Below are positions 52,276 through 62,613 of a stretch of DNA of 64,000 nucleotides, piece by piece. Source of the stretch: an uncultured bacterium (lineage in GTDB: Bacteria > Chloroflexota > UBA5177 > JANWHV01); the NCBI GenBank assembly GCA_963827235.1, contig CAWHAE010000009.1:1088001-1152000 (forward strand), given 5' to 3'. Within the stretch, counting starts at the first letter, position 1, and each line of letters starts with the position of its first letter. The notes under the pieces are model-generated. The model ran no database searches. It was given only the letters and a program-made list of their open reading frames with translations, and was not told where the DNA came from. The position numbers were made by a program, and so were the translations under genes.

Positions 52276-52415
52276 GTACGTGCTCCTCCAATGCAGCCCA
52301 AGGGCGCATGATGCAGACGCAAACACGGGCGCGCTCCGCCCGGGGGAGCGCGTCATCGGCAGTCAAGTATACCACATGGGGTTGACGCCGCGAGCCGATG
52401 GGTCATATGCGATGC

Positions 52416-53150
52416 TCAGATGTTCTGCGCCTGGGGCAGCACGACGACGTCGCGCAGGGTGATACGCCGCGGCAGGCGCAGCATGTGCACGATCAGCTCG
52501 GCCACATCCTCGGAGCACAGGCCGCTGCCTGCCTGCAGGCCGGCCCGCACGTCTGCCGGGTTCGCCATGCCCCAGATGTCGTTCAGTACCATGCCGGGTG
52601 CCATGCTCGCCACGCGCAGGCCGTCCGCTGCCACCTCGTTGCGGAGCAGATTCACCAGCGTGTTGACCGCGTGCTTGGACGCGCTATAGACTGCCTCGTC
52701 TGGGATGTCCCGGTGGCCGGAGATCGACGAGGTGACGATGATGTCGCCGCTGCGCTGCGCGATCATGTGGGGTATCACGCCCTTGATGCAGCGGACAACG
52801 CCCACCACGTTGGCCTCCACGATGGAGACCAGGGTCTCTGTATCCACGTCGGCGACACGACCCTGCTTGTACTGCCCCGCGTTCGCCAGCAGAATGTCTA
52901 TTCGGCCGAATCGGCGGAGGGTCTCCGCCACCATGCGGTCGACGTCTCCGCGCTTCGACACGTCGGCCGGCACCGCGAGCGCATGATCCGCGCCGAGCTC
53001 GGCCTCGACCTGCAGCAGTCGATCCGGCCGGCGGCCGGCAAGCACGACACGCGCGCCCTGGGCCACCAGGGCGCGTGCCGCTGCCGCACCGATGCCGGTA
53101 CCCGCTCCGGTGACGACGGCGACCTTTCCCTGCAGATCGAGCAACTCCAT
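52416..53150 (-). CDS. Short-chain dehydrogenase/reductase
   Basis: VTGAGTGIG, ANAG and YSASK. Confidence 0.9.
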   Translation of the reverse strand: MELLDLQGKVAVVTGAGTGIGAAAARALVAQGARVVLAGRRPDRLLQVEAELGADHALAVPADVSKRGDVDRMVAETLRRFGRIDILLANAGQYKQGRVADVDTETLVSIVEANVVGVVRCIKGVIPHMIAQRSGDIIVTSSISGHRDIPDEAVYSASKHAVNTLVNLLRNEVAADGLRVASMAPGMVLNDIWGMANPADVRAGLQAGSGLCSEDVAELIVHMLRLPRRITLRDVVVLPQAQNI

Positions 53151-53378
53151 TCCGGCTCCTCTCCGCCACGCTGCACAGCAGGTTCTTCCCCCACTATGAT
53201 ACGGTGGCTGCCCGGTAGCCGGACACGACCCCGAGCGTACCAGCACCCGGCTGGGCCATGACGCGGCGATGGAGCGTGCGCAGCCCCCGCGTGTTTGCCA
53301 TGGGACTTCGCCGGTTCGGTACACTTGAGCAGTAAGCCGGCCCCTCGAGCGGGCTGGAGCAATAGCCAGAGGCGGTGC

Positions 53379-53720
53379 ATGGGGCAGTACGAGCGGCACG
53401 TCTTCGTCTGTACGAGCGGCGATTGGTGTCCCCAGGTGGATGGAGATGGGCTCGGCGTGCACGCGCGGCTCAAAGAGCTCGCCGCGTCCGCCGGGCTCAA
53501 GGGGCGTGTGCGCATCAACCACGCCGGCTGCATGAATCAATGCGGCCATGGACCCATGGTGGTGGTCTATCCGGAAGACGTCTGGTATTGCGGCGTCCAG
53601 GTCGCCGATGCCGAGGAGATCGTACGCGAGCACCTGATCGATGGCAAGCCGGTCGAGCGCCTGCGCTACCATGCTGAGCGCGGCGACAACAAGGTGCCAC
53701 GAGTCTCCCGTACCCCGTGA
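53379..53720 (+). CDS. Thioredoxin-like [2Fe-2S] ferredoxin
   Basis: HVFVC...C...GCMNQCGHGPMVVVYPEDVWY. Confidence 0.88.
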   Translation: MGQYERHVFVCTSGDWCPQVDGDGLGVHARLKELAASAGLKGRVRINHAGCMNQCGHGPMVVVYPEDVWYCGVQVADAEEIVREHLIDGKPVERLRYHAERGDNKVPRVSRTP

Positions 53721-53829
53721 GTGGCCGAACGCGGCAGCGTGACAGAGGCACTGCCCGCCACGACCGGTGAACGGTGGGCCGCGGGCGGGGTATATCGGCT
53801 GGAGACAACGGCGGCGCTGAACGCGGCTG

Positions 53830-54408
53830 CTACGTCCTGGAGTCGCCTCGCGGTTCCGTGCTCTCACGGGACGAGCTGCCGCGATCCCCGATCGGGCGGG
53901 CGGGGATGCCGGCAACCACCGAGCCGGCGGCGACATCCCGCGTCACCACGGAGTTCGCACCCACGCGCGCCCCGGCGCCGACGTAGACTGGGCCGAGTAT
54001 CTTGGCGCCTGCGCCGAGTATCGCGCCCTCGCCGATGGTGGGATAGCCATCCGGACGGCCGTCTCCTGCCAGGCGCAGTCCGAGCACGACGCCGGAATGG
54101 ATGAGCACCGCGTCTTCCACTACGGCGCCCTCTCCGATCACCACCCCATCCGGATGCGGGATCTGCACGCCGGCGCCGATGCGCGCGCCCTGCACGATGT
54201 CGAGACCATGCAGCGTCAGGTTTCCCTGGCGGAGGATTGACGGCAGCCACGGCACATGCGCTTCCGCCAGGTGACTTGAAACTCGATGCATGATGATGGC
54301 GCGCAGACCAACCTCCTGCGAGGCCGTTGCGAGCACCTGGACCAATGACACCCGCTGCCGGCCCAGGCGGCGAGACACGTCGGCCTGCATTTCACTCCAG
54401 AGACTCAC
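53830..54408 (-). CDS. Serine O-acetyltransferase-like hexapeptide-repeat protein
   Basis: GARIGAGVQIPHPDGVVIGE, PTIGEGAILGAGAKILG and VAGIPAR. Confidence 0.8.
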   Translation of the reverse strand: MSLWSEMQADVSRRLGRQRVSLVQVLATASQEVGLRAIIMHRVSSHLAEAHVPWLPSILRQGNLTLHGLDIVQGARIGAGVQIPHPDGVVIGEGAVVEDAVLIHSGVVLGLRLAGDGRPDGYPTIGEGAILGAGAKILGPVYVGAGARVGANSVVTRDVAAGSVVAGIPARPIGDRGSSSRESTEPRGDSRT

Positions 54409-54883
54409 GCTTCTCCCTCCCGTCGAGCAACCAGATGATACACGGCGAGCACTTATGCAGCACCGTTCTCACACTTGCGACCGGTCGCGGGAGGGCAAGG
54501 AGGGGACGACACTGCCTGCTACTGAGGGCGCGTGGCAGCAGACGGGGAACGAAGCCTCCAGCTGCGGCAGAATGGCAAGGATGGGGCCTGTTGCGGCCGA
54601 ATGACCTGTTGCAGGTCCGCGACGGCGTGCTCGTACCCGGGAGGCGGGAACACCGCGAAACGGCAGAGGTGTCTCCAAGCTCTCGCCATTACGGTGCGGG
54701 ATGTGCTATCTATCATGGAGTTGTGCGGTTGCGGTGCGTCGAGAGCGGGATCGACTGCCGCATGCAGTGCCTCGACGCACAGACCGACCTGCTCCGCGCT
54801 CGGCGAGAGTGACCAACGGCGGTCGTGGGGCAGAGGCAGCCCCAATGCCGTCCGACACGGGAGGCAATGGAGGGGGTGACGGG

Positions 54884-55219
54884 ATGAGCGATCAGTATTT
54901 GCCGGAGGTGTACGTCCGGTTTCGCGAGCGGTTTCCCGATGTCGGCACAAGCCTAGACATGCTCGGCCGCGCGGTCGACGCGGCCGGCCCCCTGGATGAG
55001 CGCACGCGCTGTCTGGTGCAGCTGGGGATAGCGATCGGTGGACTTGCCGAAGGGGCGGTACGGTCGAACGCTCGCCGCGCCTTGCAGGCCGGAGCGTCGG
55101 AAGCCGAAGTGCTGCACGTGGCGGTGCTGGCAATCAGTCCTCGGGGCTTTCCCGCCGCGGTGGCGGCATTCTCCTGGGTCGAGGAGGTACTGCGCCACGC
55201 GAGAGCGGATAAGCCGTAA
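54884..55219 (+). CDS. Carboxymuconolactone decarboxylase family protein
   Basis: GPLDERTRCLVQLGIAIG...RALQAGASEAEV...GFPAA. Confidence 0.85.
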   Translation: MSDQYLPEVYVRFRERFPDVGTSLDMLGRAVDAAGPLDERTRCLVQLGIAIGGLAEGAVRSNARRALQAGASEAEVLHVAVLAISPRGFPAAVAAFSWVEEVLRHARADKP

Positions 55220-55321
55220 GGCCCGGGAGCGGCCGGGCCGGGCGGCTGGCGTAAGGGATGCGTCCGCCGGCGGGTGCCGGGCTCGGGACAACGGCTCCTC
55301 GCATCGCCGGCTGCCTGATCG

Positions 55322-55840
55322 TTGCGCGATGCGGAGACTGCCGTGAGTTGGGCGCTGCCGATTCTCTGGCTGCACGTGCTCGCGGCGATCTTCTGGGTTG
55401 GCGGGCAGCTCTTACTGGTCGTCGTCGTGATGCCTATCCTGCGACAGGAGCTGGCGGAAGCCGATCGCGTGCGCGTCGCCAGCCAGGTGGGCAGGCGGTT
55501 TGCCGCTTTCTCAGGGGCGGCGCTCGGCGTGCTCCTGGTCACGGGACCGCTGAACGCCGGGGAACACGGCGTCTCCTGGTCTATCCTGCGCGACACCACC
55601 TGGGGTCATGTGCTGATCGTCAAGGTCATCGCGGTGGCGATGATGCTGGCGCTCACCGCGGTGCATGGCGCCTACTTCGGCCGTCGCCTGGAAGAGCTGG
55701 GCCGAGCGGCGGCGACCGACGCGGCGGCGGCCGAGCGCCGCCGGGCCTTGCAGAGCCGGTCCTATCGTGTCTCGATCGCCAACCTGCTGCTGAACGCCGG
55801 CATCGTGGGTCTTGCCGCCTGGCTCGCCACGCTGCCATAG
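55322..55840 (+). CDS. CopD/DUF4149-like membrane protein
   Basis: WLHVLAAIFWVGG, LLVTG and four TM helices. Confidence 0.75.
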   Translation: MRDAETAVSWALPILWLHVLAAIFWVGGQLLLVVVVMPILRQELAEADRVRVASQVGRRFAAFSGAALGVLLVTGPLNAGEHGVSWSILRDTTWGHVLIVKVIAVAMMLALTAVHGAYFGRRLEELGRAAATDAAAAERRRALQSRSYRVSIANLLLNAGIVGLAAWLATLP

Positions 55841-55951
55841 GGGACCGCGGCAGGGGCGCTCTGCGCTCCGCCGGCCCCGCGGAGTGTTACGGCCGGCCCC
55901 CATACTGTACATGGGGCGGGCGTGCCGCCGGCACTGTGCACTGGCGCTTGC

Positions 55952-56572
55952 CTATCCGGACCGCGGCGCCGCGAGGCGCGCCAGCACCGGCAGCCAGGAG
56001 ATCGTCAAGGCCGCCAACTGCCGGTAGAACGGTTGCGTTGCCTCCTGAGCCACGGCGCGACACAGCGTGGGGAGCCAGACCGCCAGGTGTTTGGCGAGCA
56101 GCGCTTGTCCGATCGACTCTTTGCCGGGCGAGCCGAGCGCATAGGCGAGCGCTTCGAGCTCCACCGCGACGTGGTCGGGCAGCTCGCCCGACGAGGAGGT
56201 GACGGCCAGGCCGAGCCCGGCGTAGAGCAAGCGCAGCTCCTCGGTACAGGGACCCATCAGAGTGCGGCGCAGGCGCAGCGGCACGTCGTCGCGCCAGTAA
56301 GACTCGTAGGGTGGGCAGGGCACGTGCCCCGGGCCGACGAACAGGCGCTCATGTTCGTCCAGCAATGCCTGCAGCTCCTCGCCCGCGGCGGGCGCCTCCG
56401 GAAGGCCGGGTGAGGTGACGGCAAGCGCGGTCGCCACGCCCTCGGCGACGTCCCGCCAGGCCATCCAGCCGTCGACCTCGCCGGCGACGGGCCTGCTCCA
56501 CCAATGGGCGAGCAGGTCCGCTGCCGTCGCGGCCGGCGGCATCACCGCCGTCGGGGTCGTCGCCGGCGTCAC
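55952..56572 (-). CDS. TorD/DmsD family molybdoenzyme chaperone
   Basis: RLFVGPG...PPYESYW, ELPDHVAVELE and HLAVW. Confidence 0.9.
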   Translation of the reverse strand: MTPATTPTAVMPPAATAADLLAHWWSRPVAGEVDGWMAWRDVAEGVATALAVTSPGLPEAPAAGEELQALLDEHERLFVGPGHVPCPPYESYWRDDVPLRLRRTLMGPCTEELRLLYAGLGLAVTSSSGELPDHVAVELEALAYALGSPGKESIGQALLAKHLAVWLPTLCRAVAQEATQPFYRQLAALTISWLPVLARLAAPRSG

Positions 56573-57789
56573 AGCTCCTCCGCGACGTCCCGCATGACCT
56601 GCAGCCGTCGATAGCCACTGGTGACGATCGCCGCGAACAAGGCGAAGAGGCCGACCACGATGCCGTACTCCACCCAGGTGGGATGGTAACTGCCGGGCAG
56701 CTGGAAGGATGCCGCCGTGGCACTGTAGGTGCCGAGGGCGATGCCCGGCGTGTAGGAGATGAGCGGGCTGATGAAGCCGCCGACGATCAGGTCGATACGG
56801 AAGGCGAACACTCCCACCATCACCAGGACGCTGGCGGCCAACAGCGAGCCGGGCAACTGCTTAAGCCGGGGTACCACCAGCAAGAGGAAAGGCGCCGCCC
56901 CGCCGGCTATCCACTCCATCCAGAACAGCCAGGACCAGCTGCCGCCCGGCAGGATCAGGTTGAGGCCCGCGCGCTCCTGCGGCACATTGCCCCAGAGGAT
57001 GGTGATGTAGTCACTGCCGACGAGGAAGAGGTCCAGGGCCAGGGCAACGGCCAGCAGGCCGCGCAGCCAACGGCGCGTCTCGACCGGGATGTTCACCGCG
57101 TCGAAGCGCTCGACGCAAAGCGCGATGAGCGTAACCAGCGCCGTGCCCGACAGCACGGCAGAAGTCACGAACAGCGGGGCCATCAGCGCCGTGTTCCAGA
57201 AGGAGCGGGCGATCTGCAAGCCGAAGATCCACGCTGTGATGGAGTGCAGCAGCACGGCCAGCGGCAGGCCGATGTAGGCCAGCAGCCGCATGCGGCGACG
57301 CCACCGCCCCGGCTCGGCGGCATGCCGCGTGAGCACGAAGAGATCGACTACCGAGAAAACGAAGTAGGCGGCGATGATGCCGATATCCCAGATCAGCGGC
57401 GACGTCCAGTTCGGATAGAGGATCAGGTTGAAGATCCGCTCCGGCCGACCCAGATCGGGGATGATCATCAAGGCCGCGACGGTAATGCAGCCGGCCGCGC
57501 TGAGCACTCCCAGGCGTGAGAGCGGCTTCAGCGCCGAGACGCCGAACACCTCGGCCGAGGAAGCGACGATCAAGCCGCCTGCCGAAAGTCCGACGAAGAA
57601 GGCGAAGCTGAAGATGTACATGCCCCAGGAGACGACGTCGCGCATGCCGGTGCTGGACAGGCCGTTGGCCAGCTCGTAGCCCCAGGCCGCCAGGCCCCAG
57701 GCTCCGGCCAGAGCCAGGACGAGCGTCCACCACCAATGACGCGGAAGCGCCAGGCCTCTCGCGGGGAGGGTTGCCGATTGTGTCGTCAT
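56569..57789 (-). CDS. NrfD/PsrC family membrane anchor
   Basis: WGMYI..FAFFVGLSAG, DLGRPER, SPLIWD and about 10 TM helices. Confidence 0.9.
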   Translation of the reverse strand: MTTQSATLPARGLALPRHWWWTLVLALAGAWGLAAWGYELANGLSSTGMRDVVSWGMYIFSFAFFVGLSAGGLIVASSAEVFGVSALKPLSRLGVLSAAGCITVAALMIIPDLGRPERIFNLILYPNWTSPLIWDIGIIAAYFVFSVVDLFVLTRHAAEPGRWRRRMRLLAYIGLPLAVLLHSITAWIFGLQIARSFWNTALMAPLFVTSAVLSGTALVTLIALCVERFDAVNIPVETRRWLRGLLAVALALDLFLVGSDYITILWGNVPQERAGLNLILPGGSWSWLFWMEWIAGGAAPFLLLVVPRLKQLPGSLLAASVLVMVGVFAFRIDLIVGGFISPLISYTPGIALGTYSATAASFQLPGSYHPTWVEYGIVVGLFALFAAIVTSGYRRLQVMRDVAEEL

Positions 57790-57806
57790 GGCACGCTCAC
57801 TTTCGC

Positions 57807-58541
57807 TCAGCTCTCGTCCGCCACGCGCCGGCGTACCGGCACATAGTAGACGTTCGGGTTGGTGCCCAGCTCGGCGTGGAGCTGCACGGCGCCGCCCTCG
57901 ACCAGCCTGCTAGCCTCGCTCGAGGAATCGTTCAGGTCGCCAAACACCCTGGCTCCGATCGGACAGACGTTGACGCAGAACGGTTGCTCGCCCACGTCGA
58001 TCCGCTCAACGCAGAAGGTGCATTTCTCCACCACTCCGCGCGGTCGCTCCGGCATGAACACGCGGCGCCCGCCGGTCTTGTAATCCTGCTCGTAGCCGAC
58101 CGGGCTGCCTGCCGGGTATTCCGCCCCACCCCAGTTGAAGATGCGCACGCCGTAGGGACAAGCCGCCATACAGTAGCGGCAGCCGATGCAGCGATCGTAG
58201 TCGACCAGCACCGTGCCGTCGTCGCGGCGGAACGTGGCACCCACCGGACAGACCTTCACGCAGGGAGCCTGCTCGCAGTGCTGGCAGGCCACGGGCAGGT
58301 AGGCCAGCTCCACGTTCGGGAAGACGCCTCGCGGCACGTCGATCGAATCGCTGGCCGGGTCGGCCGTAGCCGTGGACTCGTTGGGAGCCGTGGTAAGCAC
58401 GCGGTTCCACCAGTAGCCGAGCGGCTCGTTATTGATCTCCTTGCAGCCGACCGCGCAGGTCCAGCAGCCCACGCAACGGTTCTGGTCGATGACCATGGCG
58501 TGGTGGGGCGTCTGAGCTACCTGGTCTTTGCTCGCGGACAT
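57807..58541 (-). CDS. 4Fe-4S dicluster subunit (DmsB/NrfC family)
   Basis: CVGCWTCAVGC, CQHC..APCVKVCP, CIGCRYCMAACPY and KCTFC...CVNVCP. Confidence 0.93.
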   Translation of the reverse strand: MSASKDQVAQTPHHAMVIDQNRCVGCWTCAVGCKEINNEPLGYWWNRVLTTAPNESTATADPASDSIDVPRGVFPNVELAYLPVACQHCEQAPCVKVCPVGATFRRDDGTVLVDYDRCIGCRYCMAACPYGVRIFNWGGAEYPAGSPVGYEQDYKTGGRRVFMPERPRGVVEKCTFCVERIDVGEQPFCVNVCPIGARVFGDLNDSSSEASRLVEGGAVQLHAELGTNPNVYYVPVRRRVADES

Positions 58542-58545
58542 GGCA

Positions 58546-61036
58546 TCAACCTCCGACTCTCTCGACCTGCACCAGGCAGTCGTAGTAGGCGGCATTGGAA
58601 GGGAAATTCGGGATCAGGGCCTGCGCCGGGTTGGCGATCTGATGGGTCAGGTTGTTCGGGTGCCCTTCGAGGTAGTGCTTCACGGAGATCGTGTCCCAGC
58701 CGCCCTGGTAGCAGTTGACCACTCCGGGCTTGATGCCCTCGGTCAAGCGCGCCCGCACCTTCATGTACCCGCGATCGTTGTAGATCCGCACCACGTCGCC
58801 GTCGCCGATGCCGCGACCGCCTGCGTCCTTGGGGTTGATCTCCAGGAAGCCCTCGCCGCCGTTGTTGATCTCCTTCAGCCAGGGCAGGTTCACGTACTGC
58901 GAGTGCGTGCGGAAGCGCGTGTGCGTGCTCAGGAAGACGAGCGGATACTTCGCGTAGAGCGGGTTGTGCGGCGAAGCCTCCACCGGCTCCTTGTGCACGC
59001 AGACCTCCTGATCGAAGGGCACGAGCATCTCGACGTAGAACTCGATCTTTCCCGACTTGGAGGGGAACTGCATGTCCGAGAAGGGTACGTATGGCACCGT
59101 CTTGGTGTTCAGGTGCACGGCGGTGCCGCTGGTTACCTGCTCCCAGGTCAGTCCGACGACGTTGCCGTCGGCTTTGGGGTCGCCGATGTGCAGGAGCTGC
59201 TTCAGGTACTCGTCCGGGGTCTTGTCGAAGTACTTGCCAACCCCCATCTTGCCGGCCACCAGCCGGATGGCGTCGAGATCGGACTTCGACTCGTAGAGGG
59301 GGTCGATCACCGTCGGCATGTACTGCAGGTAGAAGTTGTTCGAGGAGAGGAGGTCCGTCTTCTCGAAGTAGGTGCAGGCGGGAAGCACGATGTCCGCCAG
59401 GTCGGCCGTGGCCGACATCACGTAGTCCGAGACCACCAGGAAGTCGAGGGACTGCAGCGCCTTGACTACCCTGTTGCGGTCGGACATCTGCTGCGCGAAG
59501 TTGTCGATCATGAACCAGGCCGCGCGCACCGGGAACGGTTTACCGTCCAGCATGGCGCCACACGCGTCCATCGGTTCCAGTACCGAGAACATGCTGGTGC
59601 CCTTCGGCGCCCACCAGCCGCCCAGGTCGAAGGCGGTGGTGGTGAGCCCGCCTGCGAAGGTCGTCACGCCGCCGCCGTGCACGCCGATGTTGCCGGTGAT
59701 CGCCTGCAGGGTGAGCAACGCCTGCATGGTCAGGTCTCCGCGATACCAGTGGGAGAGGCCGAAGCCGGCGCGCACGGCCACGGGGTGCGTGCTGCTCCAG
59801 AGCTTGGCCAGGGCCGTCACCTGCTCGACCGGGATATCGGTGATCGATGCGGTGTGTTCCGGCGTATATTGGGCCATGCTGTCCGCCAGCACCTGGAGGG
59901 CGGTGCGGCATTGCATACCGGCGGCCTCGTGGGTGCCCAGCAACCGCGCATCCTTCAGCGTCTTGTCGCCGGCGGCTTTCAGCTTGCCGTCTGCCCGGTC
60001 CACGACCACGTAGTCGTCCTTGGCGCCTTTGACCAGCTCCTTCCAGCGCAGCCACTTCTTCGTGCTGGGGTTGATGAGATAGGGCGCAACAGTGTACTGC
60101 TGCAGGTAGCCGGCGTCGTAGAGATCGTGGCTCAGCACGTAGTTGATGATGCCGTCGACCAGCGCCGTGTCCGCGCCGGGCCGGATCGGCAGCCAGTCGT
60201 CGCAGGCGGCGGAGGTGGGGGTGAATCGCGGATCGATGGAGACGAGGCGGGCGCCGTTCTGGTCGCGCGCGTCGAGCATGATCCGCCAGTCCGGGATCGA
60301 GGTCTCCGCCACGTTGTTGGCCCAGAAGACGATCGCCTTGGCGTTGAGGAAGTCCGTCGATTCGTGTCCGTCGAAGAGGCCGCCGCCGTTCGCGGGATTG
60401 GCCGGGTCGACCAGCACGTAGTTCCAGCCGGCGGGGGTGGCGCTATCGCCCTCGTTGTCGCCCTCGAAGTCGCCGGCCGAGGCGCCGATGGCGCTGGCGA
60501 AGCGGAAGCCGGCCCCGACGACGCCTTCGATCAGGCTGAGCGAGCCCGTATAGGGCGCGATCCAGACCGACTTGTTGCCGTGCTGCTTCTGGATCCTGGC
60601 GAAGTTGGCGGCGATGGTCGCCGTCGCTTCCTCCCAGGTGATCCGTTGCCAGCGGCCGGATCCGCGCGGACCGACGCGCTTATAGGGATACTTGACACGG
60701 TCCGGGCTGTAGGTGTTCGAGATCTGGCTCAGGCCGCGCAGGCAGACGCGAGGATTGTAGGTGGGCGCCGCCTGGCCGGCGATCGGTCGTACCGCCCCAG
60801 GGCGCCGGCTCGACGAGCGTCGCGCGGCCGCCGGTGACGTGGATGAGATGGCCGCAGGCGCCATCGCAGTTGTTGGAGTGACCGGTGCGGAACACCGCAC
60901 TGGTCGAGGGAGCTAACGGCACCTCGGCGTCGGCCGCCGGAGCGGCCTCGAAGAAGCGCAGCCGATCGGCGAGCATCAGCCCGCCGATGGCGCCGGCGCT
61001 GGCACCGAGGAAGGTACGTCGGGAGAGTGAGCCCAT
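58546..61036 (-). CDS. Tat-exported molybdopterin oxidoreductase catalytic subunit (one frameshift ~60790)
   Basis: SRRTFL Tat motif; HSNNCDGAC...VCLRG FS0 motif; RVKYPYKRVG.RGSG.W.RITWEEA; ADIVLPA; molydopterin dinucleotide-binding C-terminus. Confidence 0.9.
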
Positions 61037-61770
61037 ACCAATTCCTCCATCCGTCGAGTCGGCTACGTCATTGTGGAGCGACGTCGAGCAGGCTGGAACG
61101 ACTTTCTCACTCTCTCCTGCCAAACGGCAGTGCCGAAGGTCCTTCCTTCGCGGGCCGATATGCCTGATTGGCAACTACGGAGACTGTACTTGACGCAGAG
61201 TCAATGCCAGGGGAGGCTCGAGCGCCGCACGAAGCCTGCCTTGCGAGCCTCTCAAGCCACTTGAGATATGCGGGTTGTTTCCTACTATATATGCAGGGCC
61301 AGTCGCATGGCGGGGTCGCACGATGGAGCGCGCCAGCAACAATCCCAGGGCAATGGCCAGGCCCCACGGGCGCTACGCCGAGCTTCGCCCTGCCGCACCC
61401 TGGAAAGGAACGGTGTAGCGGGTAGCCGTCCGCTTTGCCGGCCGCGAGCCGGCAAAGCGGAGTGCTGACAGTATTGTGTCGTCAATCGAAAGTCGACAGT
61501 TGACAAAACTATCGGATCGTTGTAGGGTGTGTAGTGTGATGTGCGGTGGCACTTTTCGGCCGGCACCGACGCCGTCGTCGTGCCGGTACAGGGCGTCCGC
61601 CACCGGCAACTGACCATGCCGCAGTGGTACTCCAAGCCAGCGATCCGGCGATGGCAGCGGCCGCGCCCGCTGCGCAACTACTTCACGCAGTTGCTCGTGG
61701 CGTGGCTGAAGCAGGACTCGATGCGAACAAGCCGCAGATTGTCGCCTCTGTTCACAGGCGGCTAGAGTCG

Positions 61771-62613
61771 ATGGATATTGTTGCGAAAGAATCTCTCGCG
61801 CCCAAGATCGTGCGGCTTGACGTCCTGGCGCCGGATATTGCCGCCAAGGCTGAGCCGGGGCACTTCGTCATCGTGCGCCTGCACGCTCGCGCCGAGCGAA
61901 TCCCGTTGACCATTGCCGATTTCGATCGCGACAGGGGGACGATAACCCTCGTCGTGCAGGATGTGGGACACAGCACCGCCGGGATCTGCAAGCTGGAACC
62001 GGGCTGCGCCATTCAGGATGTGCTGGGACCCCTGGGCACGTCGCTGGCCATGCACGAGCCGGGCACCGTTCTGGCCGTGGCTGGGGGCTTGGGCGCCGCT
62101 CCTCTGTACCCCAAGATGCGGGCGCTGTTCGCGGCCGGTAACCGGGTCGTCGCTCTGCATGGTGCTAGGTCCCGCGATCTGCTCGTGTTCTCCGACGCAC
62201 TGCGGCGCAACTGCCACCAGTATCTCGTGGCCACAGACGACGGCAGCATGGGCCATCACGGCTTCGTCACCGATCTGCTGCGTCAGACACTGCGGCGTGA
62301 GCACGTCGACGAGGTGATAGCCATCGGCCCGGCCGCCATGATGGAGGCGTGCTGCACGATCACCCGGGAGCTGCAGATCAGGACTACCGTCAGCCTGAAT
62401 CCACTGATGGTGGACGGCACGGGAATGTGCGGCGGTTGCCGCGTGACAGTTGGCGGGGTGAGCAGGTTCTGCTGTGTCGACGGTCCCCTTTTCGACGGGC
62501 TCGCCGTGGACTTCGCCGAGCTGAGACAGCGCCAGCGATACTATGCCGGCCTGGAAAAGATCGCATACAGCCTTGGTGAACGTGGGAGCGAACGGCCATG
62601 CCGCGCCAGCTGA
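61771..62613 (+). CDS. NfnA/SudB-like FAD/NAD-binding 2Fe-2S subunit
   Basis: ERIPLTIAD, GPLG, TDDGSMG and MVDGTGMCGGCRV...CVDGP. Confidence 0.9.
   Translation: MDIVAKESLAPKIVRLDVLAPDIAAKAEPGHFVIVRLHARAERIPLTIADFDRDRGTITLVVQDVGHSTAGICKLEPGCAIQDVLGPLGTSLAMHEPGTVLAVAGGLGAAPLYPKMRALFAAGNRVVALHGARSRDLLVFSDALRRNCHQYLVATDDGSMGHHGFVTDLLRQTLRREHVDEVIAIGPAAMMEACCTITRELQIRTTVSLNPLMVDGTGMCGGCRVTVGGVSRFCCVDGPLFDGLAVDFAELRQRQRYYAGLEKIAYSLGERGSERPCRAS

Noticed and set aside
61190-61204. TTGAC-GCAGA-GTCAA as an FNR/CRP-family site
   Set aside because: Spacing is N5 rather than the N4 of TTGAT-N4-ATCAA; a single occurrence is not enough to assign.
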